Assembly (NCBI GenBank): GCA_016213365.1
Contig: JACRAP010000023.1
Span: 15,871 to 79,870 of the forward strand
Reading direction: 5' to 3'
DNA length: 64,000 bases
Source: Candidatus Berkelbacteria bacterium
Lineage (GTDB): Bacteria; Patescibacteriota; UBA1384; 2-12-FULL-50-11
Under the pieces are notes generated by a model. The model had not been told where the DNA came from. It did not search any database and worked only from the letters and a program-made list of their open reading frames with translations. The position numbers and the translations under genes are program-made. This document shows positions 38,042 to 48,518 of this stretch, piece by piece (position 1 is the first letter of the stretch; each line of letters starts with the position of its first letter).

Positions 38042-39680
38042 CTAACTCCTTAATTAGCGCAGAAGCTGGCAGTATGTCAACTAAATTTATTTGCAGCTTG
38101 GTATTGCCGTTCCAGGTATTTTTTTCAATGTTCCCAAGTAGATGCGCAGAACTTGTTGGAATTTTTTTTTGCGCAAACGAAAAACCCAGCACATCAATGT
38201 CGTTTTCGATCTGCCACTTAAAATGATTTTCGTTTGCGCCCATTTTGCGCGCAGATCCTAAATTAATATCTTTTAAAATAAATAACGGTTTTGGGTTTTG
38301 GTATCCAAACGGCGCAATTCTATCTAATGAATTTATTAAATCGAACTTTATTTCGTTAATAGTTATGAGTGAATCTGCGACGTAAGTTTTTTGCAAATCA
38401 GCTGATTTTAATTTTGTTTCGGCGTAATGCTTTATGTTATCTACAAATTTTGCGGCGTTTTTTTCGTTAAGCGTTAATCCCGCCGCTTGATCGTGTCCCC
38501 CAAAACGAGATAGATGAACTGACGCAAACTGAAGCGCCTCAGCAATCGAAAAATTACTAATTGATCTAGCGCTAGCTGTAACGTTGCCGTTACTAACACT
38601 ACCAATAATTACTGGGCGATTATATTTCTGAGCTATTTTACCGGCAACTAGTCCCAGTACACCACCTGGCCAATTCTTACCAAACAGAATAAACAATTTA
38701 TCTTCCGGATTATTTTTAATAAATAACTCTGTTTCAGCTTCATTTTGTACATTTAACACTAGTTTTTGTCGCTCAATATTATTGTTGTTTAATTCAATCG
38801 CTAATTTATTTGCTGTGATCGGATCTTTTGTTATTAGTAACTCAAACGCCGGTCGGTTATCGCTAATTCTACCGGAGGCGTTAATGCGCGGACCGATAAC
38901 ATATCCTAATCGCTCGGCATCAATACTTGCAACGTCAACGCCGCTAACTTCCATTAGTGCCTTCAACCCAACTCTACGATTTTTCTTTAATACAATTAGT
39001 CCGTAATAAACCAGTACTCGATTCTCCCCTGTTATCGGCACCATATCTGAAACGGTCGAGATAGCGACCAAATCTAAAAACCATTTCGTTTGATCGCTGG
39101 AAATTTTGTTTGGAAAATATTTAGTTAATGCAAGTGCAAATTTATACGCCAAAGCACAAGCGCATAAATATTTATACGGATATTTTGAGTTCTTTAAAAA
39201 CGGGTCGATTATCGCGCCAGCTTTTGGCAAGGTTTCTTTTGGCAGGTGATGATCAATAATAATTACGGGCATTTTGAATTCGTTAATCTCCTGATTAGCA
39301 GTAATACCGGTGTCGACGGTAATTAACAATTTTGTGCCAGAATCAATTTTTTTTATCGTTTGACTATTTAGGCCGTAACCCTCTTGTCGCGTTGGTAGTA
39401 ATACTTGGACAAGAAATCCCAGTTGCGTTAATAATTCATAAAGTAAGGCGGCGGCTGGAGTGCCATCGGCATCGTAATCGCCAAAAACAGCAATCTTATC
39501 TCCCAGCTTCAATTTCGCTACTAGTTTGCAAGCTTTTTCCATATCTGGCAATAAAAAAGGGTCGTGCAAATGCTTGTCGTAGCTTGGATCAAGCCACTCA
39601 GTCTCGATTTTTCTAACTTTTAGTAAGTGTGTTAATAAATCGTCGTCACTGCGCTTATAGGCGCTCCAGTTGCTTTCCAT
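38034..39680 (-). CDS. recJ: ssDNA exonuclease RecJ
   Basis: GDYDADG, DHH, PRINASGR, GGHDQAAG. Confidence 0.96.
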   Translation of the reverse strand: MESNWSAYKRSDDDLLTHLLKVRKIETEWLDPSYDKHLHDPFLLPDMEKACKLVAKLKLGDKIAVFGDYDADGTPAAALLYELLTQLGFLVQVLLPTRQEGYGLNSQTIKKIDSGTKLLITVDTGITANQEINEFKMPVIIIDHHLPKETLPKAGAIIDPFLKNSKYPYKYLCACALAYKFALALTKYFPNKISSDQTKWFLDLVAISTVSDMVPITGENRVLVYYGLIVLKKNRRVGLKALMEVSGVDVASIDAERLGYVIGPRINASGRISDNRPAFELLITKDPITANKLAIELNNNNIERQKLVLNVQNEAETELFIKNNPEDKLFILFGKNWPGGVLGLVAGKIAQKYNRPVIIGSVSNGNVTASARSISNFSIAEALQFASVHLSRFGGHDQAAGLTLNEKNAAKFVDNIKHYAETKLKSADLQKTYVADSLITINEIKFDLINSLDRIAPFGYQNPKPLFILKDINLGSARKMGANENHFKWQIENDIDVLGFSFAQKKIPTSSAHLLGNIEKNTWNGNTKLQINLVDILPASALIKELDV

Positions 39681-40459
39681 TATTTAACGTATCCATACCC
39701 CGGCACCCTAACGTCGATTTGGCTGATCGAGCTTTTGCTATTTTTATTAATTAATTGTTCGGCAACGGTAATTTGACTTGAGGCGGGGTAACTTGTTGTC
39801 ATTAAAATAGTAATTGGGTTTTCTAATTTTTTCTTTCCAACTTCGGTAACATTAATACTGAATTGATAATATGTTTGCTTGATACTAAACCCATCAAATA
39901 CTATTCCTTTTTTGTCGGCTTCAGTCATAACTTCGTTATAGAAACTTATTATCAGTTGCGTTGCTACCTCATCGCCAATTTTTACTTTTTGTTTTGCCGT
40001 GTCAATAATCAATAGGTACTTTGACTTTGGTAGCTCTTTAATTTGCGAAAAAATAAAGCCGTCGTTATCAAATGCAAATATTTCTTGGTCTGTTTTCCAA
40101 TAGCCAGAGATACTCCTAAGCTGGGCCTCACAACTAATTGTATCTGGCAACCCTTTCGAACAGTTAATTTTTTTAACGACCGGATCAGTTTTGGAAATAT
40201 TTGAAATTTTATAACTTAGCTCTCTTGAAAATAATCCTAGTCCAATTAATTTCTCTAAACTCGGTTTTACGTATACTTCGTTAACTTGAACGTACTTTAC
40301 CGGGAAAAGCGACAATCTTGAGATGAAAAAAATTATCACTACAAAAAAAAGTAGGACAATTAACGGCTTCAAGTTTTTATCGGATTTTTGAATTTTTTTG
40401 GGTTGTGTTGTCCTGCCGGTGTAATATAAATTTGGTGACCTACTAAATTTCCTCTCCAT
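39680..40459 (-). CDS. ftsQ: FtsQ/DivIB-like cell division protein
   Basis: TM helix, POTRA-like segment (LPDTI), C-terminal IDVR; position in the dcw cluster. Confidence 0.65.
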   Translation of the reverse strand: MERKFSRSPNLYYTGRTTQPKKIQKSDKNLKPLIVLLFFVVIIFFISRLSLFPVKYVQVNEVYVKPSLEKLIGLGLFSRELSYKISNISKTDPVVKKINCSKGLPDTISCEAQLRSISGYWKTDQEIFAFDNDGFIFSQIKELPKSKYLLIIDTAKQKVKIGDEVATQLIISFYNEVMTEADKKGIVFDGFSIKQTYYQFSINVTEVGKKKLENPITILMTTSYPASSQITVAEQLINKNSKSSISQIDVRVPGYGYVK

Positions 40460-41393
40460 TGTTTTGCCAGTATCCCAAATAACCAACTCTTTGTCTAAGC
40501 GTGTCTTTACTTAAATTTTCTATTTGTATAAATAAATTTCTTAAATCAGTAGAGGTTACTCCTTGTTTAAATTCAATAATATCGCTATCCTTTTTATTTT
40601 GGCTAATTAAGCGATTTGTAAAAATTTCTTTTTTAATATTATTATCGATAAGCTCTTTGATTGAATTATTAAAAACATATGCGTAAGAACGATTAATTTT
40701 TTCAACTTGCCTAATTTGTCGATAATTTTTTATTCGCGTTAATACTTCTCGGATAGTTAAACTGGTTAGTTGTAGTTTTGCCGATAATATTACGGGGGAA
40801 TTAAGCGCATTATTAAATAATAACTCGCCCTTACCCACCCTAAACTCATCGGCTTTGAAAGTTTTAATCTCTGATTTGCCATCCTCGTTTACTAGTAGAT
40901 TAATTTCTTTAACTATTTGCCAGATATATTTGTCGTTAAAATATACACCGGTGGCAATCGCACCACCAACTGTGCCTGGGACCGTTACTAAGTACTCGCA
41001 ACCGCCAAGTCCCCTACCAGCGGCCGTTGTTACAAAATGTTGCAAGTTAACGCCGCTATCGGCAACTACTTGGCTAGAATTATTTACGAAAAATAAATTA
41101 CTGGTTTTATTTACAATAACCAAGCCCTTTATACCGCCGTCACTTGGCAAAGTTGCGTACATCGAACCAACCACCCAATAATTTATTTTGTGGCTAATTG
41201 CTAGCTTAACTAACTCAACTAATTGAGATAAATCGTAAGCAATACTAACAAATTCTGCCACTGCCCCAAGTTTACTTGGCGAATATTCACTGATAGACAC
41301 GTGGGAATGGATTTGCAGTCCTTTGTGAGCGGCTTCGTAAAGGAAAAGCTGGTTACTTGTCGTTAAGTTTTTGGAAGATTTTGTAGACATCAC
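40443..41393 (-). CDS. murB: MurB-like FAD-binding protein (divergent)
   Basis: GLGGCEYLVTVPGTVGGA; follows murC; other motifs degenerate. Confidence 0.7.
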   Translation of the reverse strand: MMSTKSSKNLTTSNQLFLYEAAHKGLQIHSHVSISEYSPSKLGAVAEFVSIAYDLSQLVELVKLAISHKINYWVVGSMYATLPSDGGIKGLVIVNKTSNLFFVNNSSQVVADSGVNLQHFVTTAAGRGLGGCEYLVTVPGTVGGAIATGVYFNDKYIWQIVKEINLLVNEDGKSEIKTFKADEFRVGKGELLFNNALNSPVILSAKLQLTSLTIREVLTRIKNYRQIRQVEKINRSYAYVFNNSIKELIDNNIKKEIFTNRLISQNKKDSDIIEFKQGVTSTDLRNLFIQIENLSKDTLRQRVGYLGYWQNNGEEI

Positions 41394-42753
41394 CCGCTCC
41401 TACTAGTAAAACAACGTCCTTTTCGCTTACACTACCGGCTAAAAATTGGGCCGCTTCGTCAATTGTTGAGCGATACTCAAAATCATTGCGATATTTTTTG
41501 AGTTCCACTATTAAATCTTTAATTGTTACATACCCACTTTTTTCCCTCGCCGACGCCCAAATATTTAACAATAATAGTTGATCGGCCTTTGAAAGCGATT
41601 TGGCAAACTCTTTTAGAAATTTTCCAGTTCTACTATAAGTATGTGGCTGAAAAACAACGATAATATTTTTTCCTTCAAAGCGATTTTTTGCTGATTCGAT
41701 TAAATAATCGATTGCGGTTGGGTGATGGGCGTAATCGTCGTAAAACTTTGCGCCGTTAAACTCACCTAAATATTCAAATCTTCGTTCCGGGGATCTGATT
41801 TTAGAGAGAGTTTCGATAATTTTCTGCTCGGAAACGCCTAGCTTTAAACACATCGCCAGCGCTGCGGTTGCGTTTAAAGCGTTATGTCGACCGGGTAACG
41901 AGATAGTAATTGGACCGATTACGCCGTCTTTGGTTCGAATTTTGAATTCTGTTTGTTCGCCTTCTTTAAAATCGGTAATTTGATAGCTGGAATTGGCGGC
42001 AAAGCCGTAAGTTATTACCTTTCTATCTACCATTCTAGAAACTAATCTGCGAACTAACGGCCAATCAGTACAGGCAACGATACTACCGTCGCGAGGAATT
42101 TTTAAAACAAACTTATAAAACGCGCCGTAAACCTCTTCGGCTGTTGAAAAAACATCGGGATGATCTAACTCGATACTGGTAATGACGGCGTGCTTGACTG
42201 GGTAATCTAAGAATTTTGGCGAGAGGTCCTCGTCTGATTTTTTATATTCGTCTGATTCGACGATAAAAAATTTACCATCACCGATATCGGAACTACTATC
42301 TAAGCCAGGTACATGACCCGTTCCAATCATATAGCTTGGTGAAAATCCAGCGTTTTTTAAAATTAATGTGATTAAAGATGTTGTTGTGGTTTTACCGTGG
42401 ATACCCGCAACACCAACACCCTCGTATTTTGCGATAAAGCTACCAAGTAGTTCGGACATCGATAAGGATTTAATTTTTTTTGTTTTTGCGGCTTTAACTT
42501 CTGGATTTTGAGCGCCGTAAGCGGCAGAAATTATCACCACGTCTGGTTTTTGATCTAAATTTTGCGCATTGAATCCTTCATTAATTGCGATGTTATTTTT
42601 GTGAAGCACCTCGTCGGTTATAAATTTATCTGGAACATCGCTACCACTGACATTAAACCCTAGTTTTTTTGCCATTACCGCCAGACCGGTCATCGCCACT
42701 CCTTTAATGCCGATAAAATATAAATCTTTAATTGGTTTTTCTTTTTTAGTCAT
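41353..42753 (-). CDS. murC: UDP-N-acetylmuramate--L-alanine ligase
   Basis: GIKGVAM, GIHGKTTT, DDYAHHP, FQPHTYSRT. Confidence 0.96.
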   Translation of the reverse strand: MTKKEKPIKDLYFIGIKGVAMTGLAVMAKKLGFNVSGSDVPDKFITDEVLHKNNIAINEGFNAQNLDQKPDVVIISAAYGAQNPEVKAAKTKKIKSLSMSELLGSFIAKYEGVGVAGIHGKTTTTSLITLILKNAGFSPSYMIGTGHVPGLDSSSDIGDGKFFIVESDEYKKSDEDLSPKFLDYPVKHAVITSIELDHPDVFSTAEEVYGAFYKFVLKIPRDGSIVACTDWPLVRRLVSRMVDRKVITYGFAANSSYQITDFKEGEQTEFKIRTKDGVIGPITISLPGRHNALNATAALAMCLKLGVSEQKIIETLSKIRSPERRFEYLGEFNGAKFYDDYAHHPTAIDYLIESAKNRFEGKNIIVVFQPHTYSRTGKFLKEFAKSLSKADQLLLLNIWASAREKSGYVTIKDLIVELKKYRNDFEYRSTIDEAAQFLAGSVSEKDVVLLVGAGDVYKIFQKLNDK

Positions 42754-43840
42754 TAATTCCAAGTGATTCTATTACTTTTTGAGTCGTTTTATCTTCGTCG
42801 AAATAGGAATTTAATTTTTTACCGAGCTCTGTTTTTTTATTAGTTGAAATTATTTGATCAATTTTTTCGATAAATTTTTGGGGATTAACCTGATGTTCTT
42901 CGATGTATTCAAGCGCTCCGGCTTTACTTAAGAGTTTTGCGTTTTGTAGTTGGTGGTTATTAGCAGAACTTGCGAGCGGTATTACAAACATCGCTTTTGA
43001 AAAAACTGACGCTTCAACAATCGCTGTGGCGCCACTTCGACCGATAATTAAATCCGCAAGTTGCATATAATACGGCAATTCCCTACCGATAAAATCGTGC
43101 GGTCGATAATTATCTCTAATTTCTTCGCTTAATTGGTTTTTTAGCTTAATAAAATCCTCAATATCTGTCGTTCCGGTAGAGTGGATTAATTCGTACTTTG
43201 ACAAAAGTGTATTTATTTCTGATTTGATAAGATTATTTACGAATCGCGACCCTTGCGAACCAGAAAGAACTAAAATTACTGGTTTCTTTTTTTGTGGTGA
43301 TTTTAATTTTGCTGATTTTAGTAAAGATCGACGCACCGGAATTCCAACTTGAATAAATCTGCTATCTGCATCTGGAAAAACTTTGGGATCAAACGCAGTT
43401 AATACTTTATCGGCAAACCGCGCACCGATTCTATTTGTAAGACCCATTATCGTATCCGATTCGTGTACAACTAATTTTCTGCCCAGTAATTTTGTTGCAA
43501 ACACCATCGGAAGCGCTACATAACCACCTTTGCTTAATACCACTTTGGCGCGGCTTGCGCGAAGTAATTTTATACATTGAAAAAATCCGTAAATTACGCG
43601 GAAAACATCAAAAATATTTTGAAAAAAAGATTTAAACTTAACGTATCTTCGCCATTTTCCGGCGTTAATGGCGATAAAGTCTATTTTTTCTTCCTTGGCT
43701 ACCTCTTCTTCTTTGCTATTTTTTGTACCAACATAAGCAAAAGAGATACCCCTTGCCTTAAGCTCCTCGGCAACAGCTATTAACGGATAAATATGCCCGC
43801 CTGAACCGCCCCCAACTAACAACACGCTATATTTCTTCAT
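42746..43840 (-). CDS. murG: MurG glycosyltransferase
   Basis: GGGSGGHIYP, KGGYV, HESD, GSQG, HQ..NA. Confidence 0.96.
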   Translation of the reverse strand: MKKYSVLLVGGGSGGHIYPLIAVAEELKARGISFAYVGTKNSKEEEVAKEEKIDFIAINAGKWRRYVKFKSFFQNIFDVFRVIYGFFQCIKLLRASRAKVVLSKGGYVALPMVFATKLLGRKLVVHESDTIMGLTNRIGARFADKVLTAFDPKVFPDADSRFIQVGIPVRRSLLKSAKLKSPQKKKPVILVLSGSQGSRFVNNLIKSEINTLLSKYELIHSTGTTDIEDFIKLKNQLSEEIRDNYRPHDFIGRELPYYMQLADLIIGRSGATAIVEASVFSKAMFVIPLASSANNHQLQNAKLLSKAGALEYIEEHQVNPQKFIEKIDQIISTNKKTELGKKLNSYFDEDKTTQKVIESLGIND

Positions 43841-43879
43841 ACGAGTATATTTATATCATTTAACCATAAAAAAGATAGA

Positions 43880-44992
43880 CTATTTTTTTATTTCTCGGCT
43901 AATATTTGTCAGTAAGCCCAACATTCCCATCGTAATTATTAACGACGATCCGCCGTAGCTTATCAGCGGTAACGGCACACCAGTTAACGGAATAATGTGT
44001 AAAATTCCGCCGACATTAATTAATACTTGAGCAAATAGCGCCGTAGTAATACCGACCGCTAAGTATTGCACAAATTTTGAGTTAGCAAATTTGGCAATTA
44101 AAAATCCGCGCCATGCGATAATAAAATACATCGAAAAAATTGCGGCTGTTCGAATAAAGCCAAGCTCCTCAGCGATTACCGCAAAAATTGAGTCTGTGTG
44201 AGACTCGGGTAAATAATGTTGTTTACTTGTTCCTTGTCCAAACCCGACTCCCCATAAACCGCCGCTTCCGACCGCTATTTGCGCTTGGTAATTTTGATAA
44301 CCGGAACCGAGCAAGTCTTGGGTTCCGTTTTGTCCTTCAAAGTAATTCTTTAATCGCTCAACTCGGTACGGAGCGAGATAAACTAGTATCAGCAAACAAA
44401 CTAGCCCCAGTACCACCACTCCAAAATAATGTAATAAATCAGCGTTGGCGACAAAATATAAAACCATACCGATTGTTAATATCACAATCATCGTACCCAT
44501 ATCCGGTTCTTTAATTATCAAAAATCCGACAATCGCCATCACAAGTAGAAATGGGGTTAGGCCGCTGGAGATTGTTGAGATATCCTTACCTTTTACTGCA
44601 AACCAACCGGAAAAGTAGATAATCATAAAAAGTTTGGCGAATTCAGCTGGCTGGAAACGAAAGAATCCGACGTCGATCCAACGGTGCACCGACGCAATTC
44701 TTGGCCCAAAAATAAGCACGCTAATTAGTAAAATAATTGTCACGATTAAATAAGTAGAGCGTTGATTATAAAGTCGTTCAATCGGCACTTTTAAAAAATA
44801 AAAAAATGCGATTACTCCAATCACCCAACTAAAAAGTTGCCGAGCGAAAAAATAATAGGCGTTACCGAAATTTTGTGCCGCCGCAAACTGCGATGACGAA
44901 AGAATCATCACTAAACCCGTAATAGACAGAATTGCCCCCACCGTTGGGATAACGGTATCGTAGTTTTGGCGTAGTTTAAACAGCCCCGACAT
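43880..44992 (-). CDS. ftsW: SEDS family protein FtsW
   Basis: QPAEFAK, YLPESHTDSIF, PLISYGGSS; in the dcw cluster. Confidence 0.93.
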   Translation of the reverse strand: MSGLFKLRQNYDTVIPTVGAILSITGLVMILSSSQFAAAQNFGNAYYFFARQLFSWVIGVIAFFYFLKVPIERLYNQRSTYLIVTIILLISVLIFGPRIASVHRWIDVGFFRFQPAEFAKLFMIIYFSGWFAVKGKDISTISSGLTPFLLVMAIVGFLIIKEPDMGTMIVILTIGMVLYFVANADLLHYFGVVVLGLVCLLILVYLAPYRVERLKNYFEGQNGTQDLLGSGYQNYQAQIAVGSGGLWGVGFGQGTSKQHYLPESHTDSIFAVIAEELGFIRTAAIFSMYFIIAWRGFLIAKFANSKFVQYLAVGITTALFAQVLINVGGILHIIPLTGVPLPLISYGGSSLIITMGMLGLLTNISREIKK

Positions 44993-46358
44993 CGCTTCCC
45001 TTCACTGCGTTCACAAATCGTTCACCTCGATCAGCGGCGCTTTTAAACATATCTAAGCTAGCACAAGCCGGCGAGAGTAGTACTGCTTCACCGCTTTTTG
45101 CGTTACTTATTGCTATCAATACTGCTTGCTCGATACTTTCGGCACGTTCTATTTTAAATTTTGGATTTACTTGTTTTATGGCCTTTTCAATTCGATCAGC
45201 TTCTTGGCCAAGTAATATCGCTAAAGTTGCTTTTTGATTAACGATTTTGGCTAATTCTTCAAAATTTGCGCCTTTTGTTGAGCCACCGCCGATCCAAACA
45301 ATCGGCTCGTCGAACGCTTTTATAGCAGAAATCGCCGCATCGGGGGCAGTGGCGTACGAATCGTCCCAATAACTTACGCCGCCAATGGTCGCAATTTTTT
45401 CAAGTCGATGCGGTAGCGGTTGATAATTTTTAATACCTAATTTAATTTGTTCGATAGTTACACCTAATTCAAGCGTTAGTGCCGTCGCTAATGCGGCATC
45501 TAGAAAGATATGCTCTCCCCTTAATCCTAATTCTTTAAAATCTATTATTTCTTCTCCGTTTTGTAAGAATTTTCCCTCGGCCGTGTAATAAAAGTCTGCT
45601 GATTTTGTCAATCCAACCGAAATTTTTCGAGCATTTGAATTTTCGGCGATACTACTGCTGTATTGGTTGTCGGCGTTAAACACTAATAAATCGTTTGGTG
45701 TTTGAAAAGCGGTAATTTTAGATTTAGCATTTACGTATACGTCCATACTTTTATGAAAATTTGGGCTACGAGCGGATAACGGTTGCAAATGATCTATACC
45801 CATCGGCAACATCACGGCAAATTTTGGGCTATGAGTAACGTCTTCTAGCTGAAAGCTGGAGAGTTCAAGTACGGCGATATCGTCTTCGGTCAGTTCTGGG
45901 TAAACGTCGAAGACCGGTTTGCCGATATTGCCAAGCACATAAATCTTCTTTTCTGTTTGTTCAAGTATTGAACCGATCAAAGTTGAGGTTGTTCCCTTAC
46001 CCTTTGTACCAGTTACGCCGATTGTAATCGCAGGACATAACGCTAAAAATAAATCGATCGCTGATGTACGTATCGGTTGATTTTCCTTACCTGCCAAGCT
46101 CTTATCTATTCGCTCAATTGGTACACCCGGAGAGCGAAATAAGACGTCGAATCTATCTAAATTTTCCAGATGTTGCTCTCCAATTATCTGTTCGACCTTA
46201 GGAAACTGTTGTTTTATTTTTTCGAGCGTTGGACTCTTCGATTGTTCGCAAATAGTTACGTTCGCACCAGATTTTACCAGTAATGGCAAAACGCTTAAAT
46301 TTTCTACCGCACCGCCAATTAAAGCAACGCGCTTAAACGCGAAGTCAGTTAATTCCAT
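44976..46358 (-). CDS. murD: UDP-MurNAc-Ala--D-glutamate ligase
   Basis: GVTGTKGKGTT, ELSSFQL, LSPACAS.D. Confidence 0.96.
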   Translation of the reverse strand: MELTDFAFKRVALIGGAVENLSVLPLLVKSGANVTICEQSKSPTLEKIKQQFPKVEQIIGEQHLENLDRFDVLFRSPGVPIERIDKSLAGKENQPIRTSAIDLFLALCPAITIGVTGTKGKGTTSTLIGSILEQTEKKIYVLGNIGKPVFDVYPELTEDDIAVLELSSFQLEDVTHSPKFAVMLPMGIDHLQPLSARSPNFHKSMDVYVNAKSKITAFQTPNDLLVFNADNQYSSSIAENSNARKISVGLTKSADFYYTAEGKFLQNGEEIIDFKELGLRGEHIFLDAALATALTLELGVTIEQIKLGIKNYQPLPHRLEKIATIGGVSYWDDSYATAPDAAISAIKAFDEPIVWIGGGSTKGANFEELAKIVNQKATLAILLGQEADRIEKAIKQVNPKFKIERAESIEQAVLIAISNAKSGEAVLLSPACASLDMFKSAADRGERFVNAVKGSDVGAV

Positions 46359-46390
46359 ATCATCAGTATGTCAAATTATTAGGTTTAGTT

Positions 46391-47413
46391 CTACCTACTG
46401 ACCAAGTAGAAGAACAATCCCAGCATCGCCGAAACGGCCGAGATAATCCAAAAGCGCATTGTAATTTTTGGTTCCGGCCAACCGATCGCTTGAAAATGGT
46501 GGTGGATAGGCGCCGATAAGAATATTTTTTTGCCGTTTCTAAATTTTTTCGATGCGATTTGTACTGCAGCCGATAGCCCTTCGACATAAATAACCAGCGC
46601 AATCAACGGTAAAATGAAAACTGTGTCTGTTAAAAATGCCAGCACTCCCAAAGTCATTCCGAGTGCCATTGCACCAGTGTCACCCATAAAAAACCGGGCG
46701 GGATAAATATTAAACCACAAAAATGCCAAGAGCGATCCAAGGATCGTGCCACAAAAAGCTGCGAGTTCTGTCTTGCCTTGCAGTAAGGCGATAATCCCAA
46801 AGGCGGCGAAAGCGCTTGCCATCGTACCGGCAAGCAACCCGTCCAACCCATCGGTTTCGTTGGCCGAAAATGTTGTAAAAACAATTACTGCGATAAAAAG
46901 CGGTATGTACCAGGCGCCGATATCAACCTGTCCGATACCTGGCACCAACAGAACGTTCCAGCCGAGTTTTGAATAAAACCACCACGCGCCAACTGCCGCA
47001 ATGGCAACGTAAATAAATAACTTAGAGCGGAATCTAAAGCCGCCGCGATTCGGGCCGATACCGTAAATATTAAATAAATCATCGAGCGCACCGACAACAC
47101 CGGTTGAAACTAATGCAAAAAGCGGTAGCCATGTTTGAGTTCTGGTTAAATTCATAAGTAACGTGATTACGGCGGTTGTAATCCATATTAATAAGCCGCC
47201 CATCGTTGGCGTATTCTCTTTGTGTTTATGAAGAGAATAAAAAATTGGAGCTTTTTTGGCGTCGAAACTGGTTTGGCGGATACGTTTGCCGAGTTTATTT
47301 TTATAAAGAAAATCGGTAAATAACGGCGTCCAAAGTATCGCAACCAAAAACGACAAACTCGCTAACCAAAATGTTTTTGCTAGTGCGAACTCAGATGCTT
47401 CAAATATCGACAT
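46391..47413 (-). CDS. mraY: phospho-N-acetylmuramoyl-pentapeptide transferase
   Basis: TPTMGG, DGLDGL, FMGDTG, APIHHHF. Confidence 0.97.
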   Translation of the reverse strand: MSIFEASEFALAKTFWLASLSFLVAILWTPLFTDFLYKNKLGKRIRQTSFDAKKAPIFYSLHKHKENTPTMGGLLIWITTAVITLLMNLTRTQTWLPLFALVSTGVVGALDDLFNIYGIGPNRGGFRFRSKLFIYVAIAAVGAWWFYSKLGWNVLLVPGIGQVDIGAWYIPLFIAVIVFTTFSANETDGLDGLLAGTMASAFAAFGIIALLQGKTELAAFCGTILGSLLAFLWFNIYPARFFMGDTGAMALGMTLGVLAFLTDTVFILPLIALVIYVEGLSAAVQIASKKFRNGKKIFLSAPIHHHFQAIGWPEPKITMRFWIISAVSAMLGLFFYLVSR

Positions 47414-48482
47414 TTTCTCCTCCAAATTTATTTTTAATTCTATCTACAATTACTTGCATATTAACAGACTTGGAACCCTTTACTAAAACAGTATCGCCTT
47501 TTTCGATAAATTCAACAACTTTCGCTGATGCTTCAGCGCTACTACTATAACACCTCCTTGCTCCGAAATGCTTTGCTTCTAACCCAACTGCCACAATTTC
47601 ATCGCAGTATTTTTGTGCGTATTGACCGATTTGCTGATGATATTTTTCGCTGTCGCTACCGAGCTCTTTCATCGATCCTAAGATTGCAACTTTTCTGCCA
47701 GGAAATTTTTTAAGCACATGCAGAGCCGCTTTGACCGCAAGCGGGCTAGAATTATATGTATCATCAATTAAAGTTACGTCGCCAAGCTCGATTATATTTA
47801 AGCGATGCTCTGGGCGTTTAATGTTTTTTATATATTCTTTGATTAATTCACGCTCAACACCCAGTTCAATCGCGATCGCTTCGGTAAATTTTTGGGCAAT
47901 TAGTTCAAGTGGAGTAATTACATTTACAACACGCGCCTTAGCCCTGCGATAATAATCGGTTAAAAATTCATCGGAGCTGTTTACAAAAACAATACCGTTT
48001 TGCTTTGTTCGCTCGGCGATATAACCCTCGTCTTTTACAACCTCTCGCATCGACGGATAATTCGCCAAGTGTGCCGGACCGACGATGGTGATTACGCCGA
48101 TATCAGGGGGGAGTTGCTCGGTTATCGCTTCAATATCCCCTGGCTGATCGGTCCCGTATTCTAAAACAAGGATCTTTGGTAATTTTTTGAAAAACGAGCG
48201 TAAAATTGCTCTTAGTAATATTTTAAACCAAGCAAAATAGCCGATTTTTTGTTTATAGAAGTCTAATTCGAAACCAAATATAGATAACGGCACGCCGAGC
48301 AAACTGTTCAAATTGCCGTAGCCAACCCTGACTTGAGTTGGAAATTGTTGGTTTAGCAACTCTCCCAATGCGGTTTTGGTAGATGTTTTTGCGATCGCAC
48401 CGCCGATAGCGATTATCTTTGGCTTATCTTTAGCAATTCTTCGCTTTGCGGCCCACCATAGTATTTTTTCTCTGATACCCAT
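47400..48482 (-). CDS. murF: MurF-like ligase lacking the N-terminal domain
   Basis: KTSTK, IDDTYNSSP, LGSMKELG, VLVKGS. Confidence 0.85.
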   Translation of the reverse strand: MGIREKILWWAAKRRIAKDKPKIIAIGGAIAKTSTKTALGELLNQQFPTQVRVGYGNLNSLLGVPLSIFGFELDFYKQKIGYFAWFKILLRAILRSFFKKLPKILVLEYGTDQPGDIEAITEQLPPDIGVITIVGPAHLANYPSMREVVKDEGYIAERTKQNGIVFVNSSDEFLTDYYRRAKARVVNVITPLELIAQKFTEAIAIELGVERELIKEYIKNIKRPEHRLNIIELGDVTLIDDTYNSSPLAVKAALHVLKKFPGRKVAILGSMKELGSDSEKYHQQIGQYAQKYCDEIVAVGLEAKHFGARRCYSSSAEASAKVVEFIEKGDTVLVKGSKSVNMQVIVDRIKNKFGGENVDI

Positions 48483-48518
48483 AAGCTGATGTTAACTCGA
48501 ACAGGTGAAAGTTACAAC

